DNA of 64,000 bases from contig CM035362.1 of NCBI GenBank assembly GCA_020137815.1, positions 4,588,001 to 4,652,000 of the forward strand, written 5' to 3'. The DNA is from Hormiphora californensis (taxonomy: Eukaryota > Animalia > Ctenophora). The notes beneath the pieces were generated by a model, which was given only the letters and a program-made list of their open reading frames with translations, was not told the DNA's origin and ran no database searches. The translations under genes were made by a program, and so were the position numbers. Positions within the stretch are counted from its first letter, which is position 1. Each line of letters opens with the position of its first letter. Shown piece by piece: positions 1-40,700 of this stretch.

Positions 1-119
1 AGGACAGTATTTTGTGAGACAAACAAATTAATATTATTTAGTTTGTCTCACACTAAATAATACCTCCCCCTCCCTCTCAGGTAACTCCACACTAAATAAT
101 ACCTCCCCCTCCCTCCCAG

Positions 120-3100
120 GTAACTTCCAGTGGCTCTACCAAGACGAGGAGTGTACCACTTGTACACCCACCAACACACCCAAATCCTCAACACTCGTTG
201 TGAGTGTGTCAGATTCAACCGCTGGATCTTGGAGGTATGACATTGTCACGTGTTATAACATAATCAATTGCTTGGTAATGAAATTACCCCTCTGTTATTA
301 TTGCTCATGGATGCAATAAAAGGGGTGACTTCGTAACCAAATCAATTGCACTCTACTACAGCTGTTATTATAGTGGTGAAGCTCTACCCCACATACCCCA
401 GCAGATCTAACATTCCAACCATCCACTCTTACCTACTTATAATACCGCCTCTATTATAACTCTCGTGTTACCCTCTACAACTCTCGTGTTTCCCTCTACA
501 ACTCTCGTGTTTCCCTCTACAACTCTCGTGTTCCCCTCTACAACTCTCGTGTTCCCCTCTACAACTCTCGTGTTCCCCTCTACAACTCTCGTGTTCCCCT
601 CTACAACTCTCGTGTTCCCCTCTACAACTCTCGTGTTCCCCTCTACAACTCTCGTGTTCCCCTCTACAACTCTCGTGTTCCCCTCTACAACTCTCGTGTT
701 CCCCTCTACAACTCTCGTGTTCCCCTCTACAACTCTCGTGTTCCCCTCTACAACTCTCGTGTTCCCCTCTACAACTCTCGTGTTCCCCTCTACAACTCTC
801 GTGTTCCCCTCTACAACTCGTGCTTCTCTCTCTAGATGCGGGTATACCCGAACTAGTAACAGCAAGAACATTAGAAGTACAACGGTCGATATAGAAAGTG
901 TGGCGGTTGAGGGCAGCATATCGGATACCTCCCTTTGGGCATCCAGTGGATCTACCTCTAGCACCACGTGCACTGTCCCGGATGGGCTTACCTACTCCAC
1001 CCTCGATTCTATCAGGTAGGAAGTGTCCTAGTAGTAGTAGTGCGGCCATTTCTGGTGAAAATGGGCCCATCTACGGCCATTAACGCGCCCATTTTCAACA
1101 ATATGCGCCCATTGATTGAGAGAGATATAGAGCTGTGGAGAAAGAGATAGAAAGTTGTCAAAACTTTCTAGATAGATAGTTCTTGATAGAAAGTTGGGAC
1201 AGCTGCCTAATATGACCTATTACATAGTATACTTTAGACACTCTGATACATGACACTATTGATACATGACACCCTGCATTACAGGTGGAAGATTGACGGT
1301 AAAATAGTCAGCTCAGATGGCACAGGCTACAACTCTGATAACGGTGTTTTTGAGATCTCCATCACCAACACCACCAGCGATGGAGCCGAGACCGCCACCT
1401 CCACTACCTCTTTCCAACATTCTATCAGCGCGTTTGGAAGTCTGTCCTGTGTTGCGAGTTATAGCTCTGGAGAGACTGTTGAGACTGAAGGGTAGGTTGT
1501 AACATTGGGTGTAACAGGGTGGTAGTACATGGTAGGGGTGGGTGATGGGGTGTAACATTGGGTGTAACAGGGTGGTAGTACATGGTAGGGGTGGGTGATG
1601 GGGTGTAACATTGGGTGTAACAGGGTGGTAGTACATGGTAGGGGTGGGTGATGGGATGTAACATTGGGTGTTGGGATGTAACATTGGGTGTTGGGATGTA
1701 ACATTGGGTGATGGGATGTAACATTGGGTGATGGGATGTAACATTGGGTGTTGGGATGTAACATCGGGTGATGTGATGTAACATTGGGTGATGGGATGTA
1801 ACATTGGGTGATGGGCTGTAACATTGGGTGATGACTGATGGGATGTAACATTGGGTGGTAGTACATGGTAACAGGGTAGGGATGGGATGTAACATTGGGT
1901 GTAACAGGGTGGTAGTACATGGTAGGGGTGGGTGATGGGGTAGGTGATGGGGTGTAACATTGGGTGTAACAGGGTGGTAATACATGGTAGGGGTGGGTGA
2001 TGGGGTGGGTGATGGGGTGTAACATTGGGTGTAACAGGGTGGTAGTACATGGTAGGGGTGGGTGATGGGGTGGGTGATGGGGTGTAACATTGGGTGTAAC
2101 AGGGTGGTAATACATGGTAGGGTAGGTGATGGGGTGTAACATTGGGTGTAACATTGGGTGTAACATTGGTGGTAGTACATGGTAGGGGTGGGTTTCATTT
2201 GAAGCATTTTCTTTTGATTTTACCCCTTACCTAGATATCTCTGTCTATCAAATAGATAGATATCAGAGATAGGGATAAATTCATAATAGATAGTAGAGAG
2301 TAGATCTATATTCTATCTACACAACGAAATAATACAACTGTGTTTAGTTCTACTGCGATTATAGATTCTATCTTTTCACATAAATTCTAGATTCTAAGTA
2401 TCATCTTTTCACTCATCTCCTGCAGGTGTTATGTTAACATGGAGCGGATACAAGGTCTCAGTGACAAGATGTATTTAGCACCAGACAGTACCACAACCAC
2501 TATTGTCACCTATCAAGCAGAGGAAGAGGGAACACTCACCTGTACTATTGATCAGGTAACGGTTACCATGGTTACACACGTGGTTACACACGTGGTTACC
2601 ATAGTTACACACGTGGTTACCATGGTTACACATGTGGTTACAAACATGGTTACACACATGGTTACCGCAGTAACATCACTCATCAGTTAGTAAACTAACC
2701 AATTACCAATCTTCACTAACTCCTAAAATTAAAAATACCTCCCTGATGAGCAATTAGCATTTTAGCCAGTGAAAATGCAGAAGCTTTTATTTTTCATTAA
2801 CTCAGCTATTATACCTCCCCGATCCTCCTATACCTAACTCCTATTATACCTCCCCGATCCTCCTATATCTAACTCCTATTATACCTCCCCAATTCTCCTA
2901 TATCTAACTCCTATTATTATACCTCCCCGATCCTCCTATATCTAACTCCTATTATACCTCCCCGATCCTCCTATATCTAACTCCTATTATACCTCCCCAA
3001 TCCTCCTATATCTAACTCCTATTATACCTCCCCGATCCTCCTATATCTAACTCCTATTATACCTCCCCGATCCTCCTATATCTAACTCCTATTATACCTC

Positions 3101-3376
3101 CCCGATCCTCCTATATCTAACTCAGCTATTATACCTCCCCGATCCTCCTATATCTAACTCCTATTAGACAATTTTAACCGGTTATCTAAGTTTTCACAGT
3201 ACACCGTTTCCGGTGGTTAAAGTGTACTGTGAAATTTTAGACCACTGCAAAAACACTAGTAATTATAAAGTAAAATACCGTTGCAGTGGTATGTGAAAAA
3301 TTAGACACTTTCTAGTCACACGCACACAGTGTGAGCATTACAAACATTACAAACTGAGTGAACGAGATAAAGATTA

Positions 3377-3465
<89 letters not shown>

Positions 3466-3643
3466 GTGTGTGTGTGAGAGAGAGAGATAGGAAAAGAGAG
3501 AATCGAAGGCAGAGAGGGAAAGCAGATGCAGGACGCTCATTGGCGTGGTGCCATCACGTGACGATCACGTGACCTATAGTTGCAGAGAGGAAGAAAAGAT
3601 AAGGGTTAGGGCGTATGCACTATGCAGTAGTGACTACTGCACA

Positions 3644-3734
<91 letters not shown>

Positions 3735-6700
3735 TTCTCTTTCTCTTTCTCTCTCTCTCTCTCACTCAATCTTTATCTCTTTCACTCAGTTTGTTTCCAA
3801 AATCATCTAATAAAATTAGATGACTGCTTTTACATGCTCTATTACACAACAATAATGTTAAAGATTCTTTCACTTTTAGGCCTCGCAGGCTCGGCCCAAA
3901 AGTACAACTACAGAGCTCGCAGGCTCGCTCGGTAGTTACACTTAGCGTGCCTCGCAGGCTCGGCAGCTAAGTAAAAGGATCTACCTCGACCTGTCGGTCT
4001 CGGTTCATTATTGTTGTATTTAGAACACTCGGCCTTCGGCCTCGTGCACTAAAAAGTAATAGACCATTTTAACCAGTCATCTAATCATATATTATACCTC
4101 CCCGATCCTCCTATATCTAACTCCTATTATACCTCCCCGATCCTCCTATATCTAACTCCTAATAACCTCCCTCATTACAGAGTGCAGCTGCTGTCGTATC
4201 CAGTACAACCAACACCGATCTTGGTAACGGTAAACTCCAACACTTCACAGTCTCAATAACCCCGCCAAATTCCCTGGATGCCAGAGTGGCTGACTCCGCC
4301 TCCCTCTCCAGCCCCTCCCTCTCTCTCACCTGCACAGTAGACTCGCTGAGTGTTAGTGGAGTGGTCCAGGTTGTGGGGCAGAGTTCAGTGGAGCAGGTAA
4401 TAATAATAAAGATTTTGGCCACACGGCCAACTCGACATGTACTCTACGCAAATCATGTCTAGAATCACTTCCATGTCCCACTATAGTAATTTCAAAATGT
4501 TTATTGTTTATATTGTAGGTAACGGTGTGGGGTGCTCTGGGGGAGAAGTTGGTGTTGGAGGTGGTGTTTGCTACCAGTGAGGAGTTGGGAGCTGTGGCAA
4601 CTTGGCAGCGAAGTGGTGAGTAGATATTGATATCTTTTTTGTGGTATCTCTTGTTATCTACATTTTACCATATCTCTCTTCTATAATGATCCCCCTTCCA
4701 ATATCTCTGATCCCTCCAATATCTCTCTCTCCCAGATCTCTCTCCCCAGATCCCCCTCCCCAGATCTCTCAACCCCATACCTCTCTCCCCATGATCTCGC
4801 CCCATGATCCCGCCCTCCCTCATCATATCTCTCTCCCCAGATCTCTCTCCCCCAGATCTGTCTCTCTCAGATCTCTTTCTCTCCCCAGATCTCGCCCCAT
4901 GATCTCGCCCTCCCAGATCTCTCCCCCATACCTCTCTCCCCGTGACCACCTGCCCCCCCTCATCAAATCTCTCGCCCCATGATCTCGCTCTCCCTCATTA
5001 GGCCAGTTTCGACCCCCGTGAAATATTTCAAGCATCGACATTCTGAAATGTACACAATCTCAGCTTTCCAATGCGCCCACGCTCATGCTTCAACTCCATC
5101 GGGAACCGCTGCCAAAATCGCTAATTGTAATTAGCCAATTAGCGAACGCGCGGCTCAAATTACTTCCTGAACATTCTTCTAAACAGCACCAAATCACTGA
5201 ACCAATCCCGGAGACTCACCACGGCATCGAGATTAAAGTTCTGAAGTTCAGAGAGAGCTGACAGGAAGTAATTTGAGCTGCGCGTGATCTAATTGGCCAA
5301 TTACAATTAGCGATTTTGGCAGCGGTTCCCGATGGAGTTGAAGCATGAGCGTGGGCGCATTGGAAAGCTGAGATTGTGTACATTTCAGAATGTCGATGCT
5401 TGAAATATTTCACGGGGGTCGAAACTGGCCTACTCCCTCATCCAATCTCTCTCCCTGCAGATGGAGCTGGAGGTTGGGATGACTACATTTCCGGAACATC
5501 TATTGTCAGCGCTATCTCCACATCTGGAACCCAAACTGCATCCCTGATCATTGATTCTTTAACTCCGGAGGATAAACAAGGTAATTAATTAATAATTACG
5601 AATTAATTATTAACTTTTTAAAATTGGTTGTGATGATTTTAATCGGGCACATTAACAATGTACATTGTACAAAGAAGTTGTCAGTATAGTACAGTTTTAT
5701 ATCTACTGATTAGTAACTGATTAGTAACTAATCCCTCACTCCCCCCCCAGATTTCAGAGCGACAATTGACTTGACATCAGTTTCCATAACAACCGATTCG
5801 CTGACCGTACGAGCTGTTACAGTGGCATGTGGTGATTTGAGCAGTGCTTTTGAAACGGAAGATGTGACTTTTACTGTCGATATTTCCGGTGAAGAGCTTC
5901 CTGAGAAAGTGGTCCTTGTACACATGGGTAAGTTGAAGGCAAGGGAATTTTAGTTAGTTTCCCGACCCTGGATTATTTTGTTCACTCTGGAGTTTCCCCT
6001 ACAATAACCTATTCTGTCAATTTATCGATTGAACATTATATCGTCCCCTATAATTACCTATTCTGTCCCCCTCCTTACCTCTATAACAACCTCTTCATGA
6101 TAATAACCCCACCCTCCCCTGTATGGCGGCGCCATACCCCATTAAATGGGTCGCGGCGCCAGACAGACCCTCCCCTATAACAACCTCTTTATTATAATAA
6201 CCCCACCCTCCCCTCAGAAAGTGGTAGTGAAGTGGAAGTGGACTTGACGGACATTAGTTTCAGCGCCACCATCACAGTGACACACACTCTAACTTCGGTT
6301 TATGACACCCAGGCTGGAACCTACTACTTCAGGTACCTTATTGGCTGGTAACCAGTCACGTGACCTAAATAACGAGTTCTGATTGGTTGTTTCGGTCGGT
6401 TCCTGCTTTTTTTTTAAAACTTTTTTCATGGCTAACTCGTTCTGAGACACACTGATCTGTGATACATTAATTAATACCTAAGCTCCAACTCTTTTAATCG
6501 CATGAAATTCATGGCAAAAAATTCTGAGCTTCCGCATTTGCTATTTTCTAACCCCCCCCCCCCCCCCCCCCGGCAGTGTCACATACTAACCACCCCCCCC
6601 CCCTTCCTGTACAGTGTAACATATTCAAGTGGACTGACAGCCACCAGCGATACCAAAACGTTGTCAGTTCTAAAAAAGTGTAAGGATGTTTCTGCTCCTG

Positions 6701-7063
6701 TAAACACTAACCTTCAAAAGGTAAATTATATTAGAAATCTAACTTCTTGGCTCTAAATTCATAAATCCAACTTCAATTGGTTATTGTTCATTGTTCTATA
6801 TTATTTTCGCTCCGCTCACAGGAGCTAAAGGGTCAACGGGGCAATGTTATCCAACATACACGTGCATTAACATATCTCTATCTCGCCAGGTCGATAAAGC
6901 AGGAGGATATGATCAGGTCGTGACCTGTTTACCAGATGATGACACTACTAGCTACGTTCTACTGGACTCTGATTCAACATCAATATCTTGTAATACATCA
7001 ACCGGACTATATGATTCAGACTATCTATCACCTTGTCTTGTAGTGGTCGCCAGTGATCCGTAG
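120..7063 (+). CDS. 3' part of a multi-exon gene for an S/T-rich extracellular protein with several Ig-like domains and a C-terminal Sushi/CCP-like module; 5' end lies outside the window
   Basis: Eleven phase-compatible exons: 120-234, 836-1015, 1285-1491, 2426-2555, 4181-4396, 4519-4615, 5461-5580, 5751-5927, 6218-6332, 6615-6720, 6890-7063 (TAG), about 545 codons. Ig-type motifs: NFQWLY...STLVV...DSTAGSWRC, TTC...RWKIDG...GSLSCVA, ATWQR...ASLIIDSLTPEDKQDF, DTQAGTYYF. Four-Cys end: KCKDVSAPVN...VTC...ISC...SPC. No transmembrane segment before the stop. Confidence 0.8.
456..822. repeat. 21-bp intronic minisatellite (CTCTACAACTCTCGTGTTCCC)n, about 17 copies, abutting the acceptor at 835
   Basis: Direct reading; explains the ORFs 437..973, 465..1019 and 468..1070. 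Confidence 0.95.
1497..2192. repeat. Compound G-rich minisatellite (GTAACATTGGGT / GGTAGTACATGGTAGGGGTGGGTGATG modules) starting just after the donor at 1492
   Basis: Direct reading. Confidence 0.9.
2795..4170. repeat. 35-bp minisatellite (TATTATACCTCCCCGATCCTCCTATATCTAACTCC)n interrupted by a ~0.9 kb insertion
   Basis: Units at about 2795-3165 resume at 4089-4170 and run up to the acceptor at 4180. Confidence 0.9.
3165..4090. mobile_element. Non-autonomous insertion with imperfect terminal direct repeats and internal hairpins
   Basis: TAGACAATTTTAACCGGTTATCTAA (3165-3189) versus TAGACCATTTTAACCAGTCATCTAA (4060-4084). Hairpins at 3192-3234 and 3241-3290; (GA)n then (CT)n inside; CTCGGCCTTCGGCCTCG near the right end. 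It splits the 35-bp array. Confidence 0.55.
5001..5430. mobile_element. Palindromic MITE with ~165-bp inverted arms and TA flanks
   Basis: GGCCAGTTTCGACCCCCGTGAAATATTTCAAGC... at the left and its reverse complement ending ...GGGGGTCGAAACTGGCC at the right; TA on both sides. Confidence 0.85.
6119..6166. mobile_element. 48-bp mini-MITE (CTGT...ACAG) with 8-bp TSD ACCCTCCC
   Basis: TSD at 6111-6118 and 6167-6174. Relatives at 36434-36496, about 43620-43690 and 44834-44904. Confidence 0.75.
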
Positions 7064-8132
7064 TTTTGAGTAGATTCTTTTTTAATTATACCTTTTTTTA
7101 AACTTTTTCTAGTTTTAACTTAACTTAGTTTTCTAGTGTTGTGCAAGCACCGTGTTAAAATAAAAACAATTACTGCCTGCGGTGCAATATAAATTAAATG
7201 AAATCTCAATTTCTTTAGTACTCTGTTTTGTAATGTGAATTACTTTTAGTTTGCAATTTGATTTGTGCTATTTTAAACCCATTTTCTTCATACATTTACA
7301 AGAACAACCAAATTAAACGAGTTTTTATTCTTTACACGCATAAGTTTGTGTTGTTCTGTCAGAGCATTGGCCTGACAGGTGTTGTTCAACTTTGTATTTG
7401 GCAGGGTCGAACAATTCAAGCAAAAAACGGTTAACACCAGACGACGGTAAGCGGTAAAGGTCCTGAGAATTTTAAACGGTTTTGGCCATAACTCAGCAAT
7501 TTCTTGACCAATTTGCAAAATCTTGAGTTCATTGGAAAGAGTTTGTTTTGGCACAATGGCACACAAACTATCCTTACATGTTTGTAGCGCGCGGTGACAT
7601 TTACATGATTATTTGCACGCGCAATTCATGTCGCGCGGCGCGCTTGAAGTTTTTATGCAGCTGCAGCATGCAAATAAAATCTGGTTCAGCTTTTTTTAAC
7701 TTGCTCTTTCCAACTTAAAAAAACTTGCTTGAAAATTAAAATGTTGAGAAGTGCTAGCTTGTCCCGCACTAAATGACAGGGCCCTGTAGCATGAGCGTTG
7801 TATGCCAATCTTTCTTTTGTTTTATTTTTATGCATTCTGTGTTTCCATATTTTTAATCACCGGCTAATGGGCTCGTGGGACTGCTTGTGCGGGGGATGTT
7901 CGATTGGACTGACACCATTATACATATGTTGATATATGAAGTGTATTACAAAGTTACAAATGCAGATTGCAGCCAGCAGCACCCATCGGCCATCAGTACT
8001 GGGCCATCACACATGAGGCATAACAAGGGGCCTGCAGCGTAAAGGGGCCTGTCATCGAAAATGACATCTCGACTTAAATTCAAATGCCATATATTTCTTG
8101 AACAGCATGTAACAACTAATTGAAGAGCTGCC

Positions 8133-36343
<28,211 letters not shown>

Positions 36344-36853
36344 GCTAATAAATGGGGAACATTTCAGGTAAGCGAATTGGCAGGTGAGTAGATCTTGCTA
36401 TGTTGTATACATGGCTATACAGTTTATCGAATTCTGCCTGGCACCGTGGACCCCATCTGAGCGCATTATATATCGGAGTCAAGCGCCGCCAGACAGGTCG
36501 AATTATTATAATAAATTCCCTCTAACATCCCTTATACAGGTACGATACTAGGCTGCATCAGTTTTGTTGCGATGATGAAGTGTTAGCTGACAGTTGGAGA
36601 GATGATCATACTGTTCCAGTCGTTACTGCAGCTAGAGAACTATAGTGTCACAGAGACATATGTTTTTAGGATTATAAAGGACTAAAAACTCAAGTTAATT
36701 CGCAAGGTTGACTTGTCACTTGTGACTCACAAGTTGTGAGCGTGTGTTTAGGAATAACTAATCATTTCATATGATGGACAATATGTTTATTTAGGGGTCA
36801 CTCTAAGAAAGAAAGTGATCAGTGATATGGAAGAGAGAGAGAGAGAGAGAGAG

Positions 36854-37616
36854 TTTTACCTGTGATTACCTGTGACCAGGTTCAGCTCCAGTTGCTAGGA
36901 TTCCGCTGTCAACAACGTTCCTCGGCAGGAACACCAATCTAGGATACTGTTAGTGTTCTGCGCCCCATAACCTTTCAGGGGGGGTTCATCCGGGATATTC
37001 GATAGGAATTTATCAAGCTCCCGCTTAGTTCCCTCCAGTGTCAGTTGTTCCTTGACAACTTTAGGAACAGCATTGAACAGGGAAACAGCAGTTGATGAGC
37101 AGGAATTGAAAATTTTGGAGTTAATGCTCTTCAGTTTAGATTTACCAAGCGGTCTTTCCACATAGGGCCCCCTTCTGATCGATGGTTTAAAGACCAGATT
37201 CAGGTGATTTGGCAGTAGACCATGATACAATTTCCACAGGTAGAGAATTTTGTAACGTTCTCTCCTTCTCTGAAGCGAGTACAGCCCGAGATGATGTAAC
37301 CGCTGCCAGTAGCTCATCTCCTCGCAACCAGAAATATGGGCAGTGAATGCTCGTTGCACCGCCTCAACTCGTTGGATTTCTCCTACCAAGTGTGGAGACC
37401 AAATCGGTGAGATGTACTCTAGGTGAGGTCTGATGTAGGTTTTCATGAGTACCAGCATAGGTTCCTGTTCCCTGGTCTCAAATGATCTGAGGATCCTTCC
37501 TGCAGTTTGGGAGGCGGATTTTATAACGTGGGAGATATGTGGTTTCCATGAGAGTTCAGAATCCACCACTATCCCTAAGTCTTTTACTGCATTCTCCTTT
37601 ATGGGCCCCCTCACAC
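36854..37616 (-). mobile_element. 5'-truncated CR1/L2-type LINE (C-terminal part of RT ORF2 plus tail)
   Basis: VKDLGIVVDSELSWKPHI...KTYIRPHLEYISPIWSPH...VEAVQRAFT...YWQRLHHLGLYSLQRRRER; stop at 36895; (TCACAGGTAA)2 tail running into (TC)n. Confidence 0.88.
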
Positions 37617-37764
37617 GCTCAATTAGCTCGGAACCCACCCCACCCGCCCTCACCACCTCTTTTTAAGACCCACCCTCCCCCAGGGAGCTCGATGAGCTCA
37701 ATTAGCTCGGAACCTCCACCCCCACCCGCCCCAGTACCCCTTTTTTACACCCACCCTCCCCCAG

Positions 37765-40700
37765 GCAGCTCGATGAGCTCCATCAGCTCGGAACCCCCAC
37801 CTCCACCCGCCCCAGTACCCCTACTCATGATGATGGGACCTGGTGGGGAGGAGGATGACAGTGACGAAGACCAAACTGAGAGGAATGTGACCGAGGCAGT
37901 TGTTGAAGATCCACCCTCACCAAACTTTCAGCCTAACAAAAAGGTATCAATCCTGCTATCAATCTTGTTGTCTAGCCGGGGGGGGGGGGTTCAGGATTAA
38001 GTGGTCGGACGTATATTATGCCTAAAAATTGCTTAAGTGGTCAAAATCCAAAAGGACCCCCCCACCCCCTAAAATTGACCACTTAATCAGTTTTTTTAGT
38101 GGTCAAACCCCAAATAGACCCCTAAACCCCCAAAATTTACCGAAAAACTAGCTTTTTTGCCCAAAAAATGGCAAAATTTAGGCTGTTTTCTGGGACCAAA
38201 ACCAAAAAATTTCCAGAAAAAATTTTTGCGTGCGAGAAAATTGAAATTTGAATTTTGAAAATTGAAAATTTTTCAGGTCCACCTCGAAGAATCTCAATTT
38301 TTACCGAAAATTGACCAAATTTGGCCGAAAATTGACCAAATTTGGCCAAAAAATGACCATTTAGCGAAAAACACTAAGTGGCAAGTTTGAAAAAACACCC
38401 ACCCCCTTAAGTGGTATATACGTCCGAACCATTTATCCTGAACCCCCCCCCCCCCGGTCTAGCTGGCACCAGAACTGTAACCCTGAATCTCACTCTGATC
38501 TGGGAGTGCAGTGCTCTCCCTTTACTTAAAGTAACAATCTCACTATACTCTCTCCTTAGTTAAAGTAACAATCTCACTCTGTTCTCCCCTTAGTTAAAGT
38601 AACAATCTCACCCTGCAGGATTTCCAGGATGTCCGGGACTACGTGGAGGAATGCCATAATTGGATTATTGAACACAACAAGATCTTGGACAGGAAAGCCA
38701 AGTCACTGGAGCGTGATCTTAGGAATGCAATGGATGCCCAAGATTATGTGAGTAGCACATCACCCCCTATTGGTAACCATGGTAACTAATACAGGGTGTG
38801 AACTGCATGTCGTGTTTGCTAGTCGCGAGCGCGCTTGCGAGACAAGCAAACACGTCAAGGTTCATTAACAAGCATGCTGCTCAGTCATTTTAGATTTAAT
38901 ACACAATGTAAGGATACCATGTAATAGGTGAGACTCTTGCCATCACCCTCGTTCAAGTCCCGTGAAAAACGGAGCAGTACACGCAAACTGATGCCCATTT
39001 TCCTCGCGTGACCCCGATTCAGCAGTTTGAGACACCAACTCTTTAGGGGGCCATATCTCAGGAACCAGACAAGATAGGAAAAATCGCCGTCTAACGAGGC
39101 GTACAGTTTTTAATCTAGTTTACCACTGTACCGGCCGTTTCACTCTCCGACCTAAAACAAAAATCGCAACCCCACAAAACTTCAAAATAATGAAATTCGC
39201 ATCTCGCATGTCGTGTTGCATGTCGTGTTGCATGTCGTGTCATGTTATTGACGCGCTCGCGTTCAACTCTCACACAGCAGCTGCAGAACATGGCGGGAAA
39301 CATCGAGGAGTAGAGAGAGGGTCGGTGCCGAATCAAATATTTCTTGATCTTGATCTACTCCATCTCTCAGCTATCCTACCCCTCATCAACTCGATCTCTC
39401 AGCTACCCTACCCCTCATCTACTCCATCTTTCAGCTACCCTACCCCTCATCTACTCCATCTTTCAGCTACCCTACCCCTTATCTAGTCCATCTCTCAGCT
39501 ACCCTACTCCTCATCTACTCCATCTCTCAGCTTCCCTATTAGGGAAGCATAGAGATGGAAACGATTAGGGGTAGGGAATCCCTATCCATAATCGTTTCCA
39601 TCTCTATGCTTCCCTAGCCCTCATCAACTCCATCTTTCAGCTACCCTACCCCTAATCTAGTCCATCTCTCCGCTACCCTACTCCTCATCTACTCCATCTC
39701 TCAGCTACCCTACCTCCCATTTACTCCATCTCTCAGCTACCCTACCTCCCATTTACTCCATCTCTCAACTTCCCTACCTCCCATTTACTCCATCTCTCAG
39801 CTTACCTACCTCCCATTTACTCCATATCTCAGCTTCCCTACCTGCCATTTACTCCATCTCTCAGATACCCTACCTCCCATTTACTCCATCTCTCAGCTTA
39901 CCTACCTAAACCTTCCATTTACTCCATCTCTCAGCTTCCCTACCTCCCATTTACTCCATCCCTCAGCTACCCTACCTCCCATTTGATCCATCTCTCAGCT
40001 TCCCTACCTCCCATTTACTCCATCTCTCAGCTACCCTACCTCCCATTCACTCCATCTCTCAGCTACCCTACCACCCATTTACTCCATCTCTCAGCTTCCC
40101 TACCTCCCATTTACTCCATCTCTCAGCTTCCCTACCTCCCCTTTACTCCATCCCTCAGCTTCCCTACCTCCCATTTACTCCATCTCTCAACTTCCCTACC
40201 TCCCATTTACTCCATCTCTCAGCTACCCTACCTCCCATTTACTCCATCCCTCAGCTACCCTACCTCCCATTTGATCCATCTCTCAGCTTCCCTACCTCCC
40301 ATTTACTCCATCTCTCAGCTACCCTACCTCCCATTTACTCCATTTCTCAGCTTCCCTACCTCTCATTTACTCCATCTCTCAGCTACCCTACCTCCCATTT
40401 ACTCCACCTCTCAGCTTCCCTACCTCCCATTTACTCCATCTCTCAGCTACCCTACCTCCCATTTACTCCATCTCTCAGCTTCCCTACCTCCCATTTACTC
40501 CATCTCTCAGCTACCTTACCTTCCATTTACTCCATCTCTCAGCTTCCCTACCTCCCATTTACTCCATCTCTCAGCTACCCTACCTCCCATTTACTCCATC
40601 TCTCAGCTTCCCTACCTCCCATTTACTCCATCTCTCAGCTACCCTACCTCCCATTTACTCCATCTCTCAGCTACCCTACCTCCCATTTACTCCATCTCTC

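Noticed and set aside
437-2207. Long repetitive ORFs (VVEGNTR, PSTTLVF, HPMLHP etc.)
   Set aside because: They are translations of intronic minisatellites; only the short spliced exons within them are coding.
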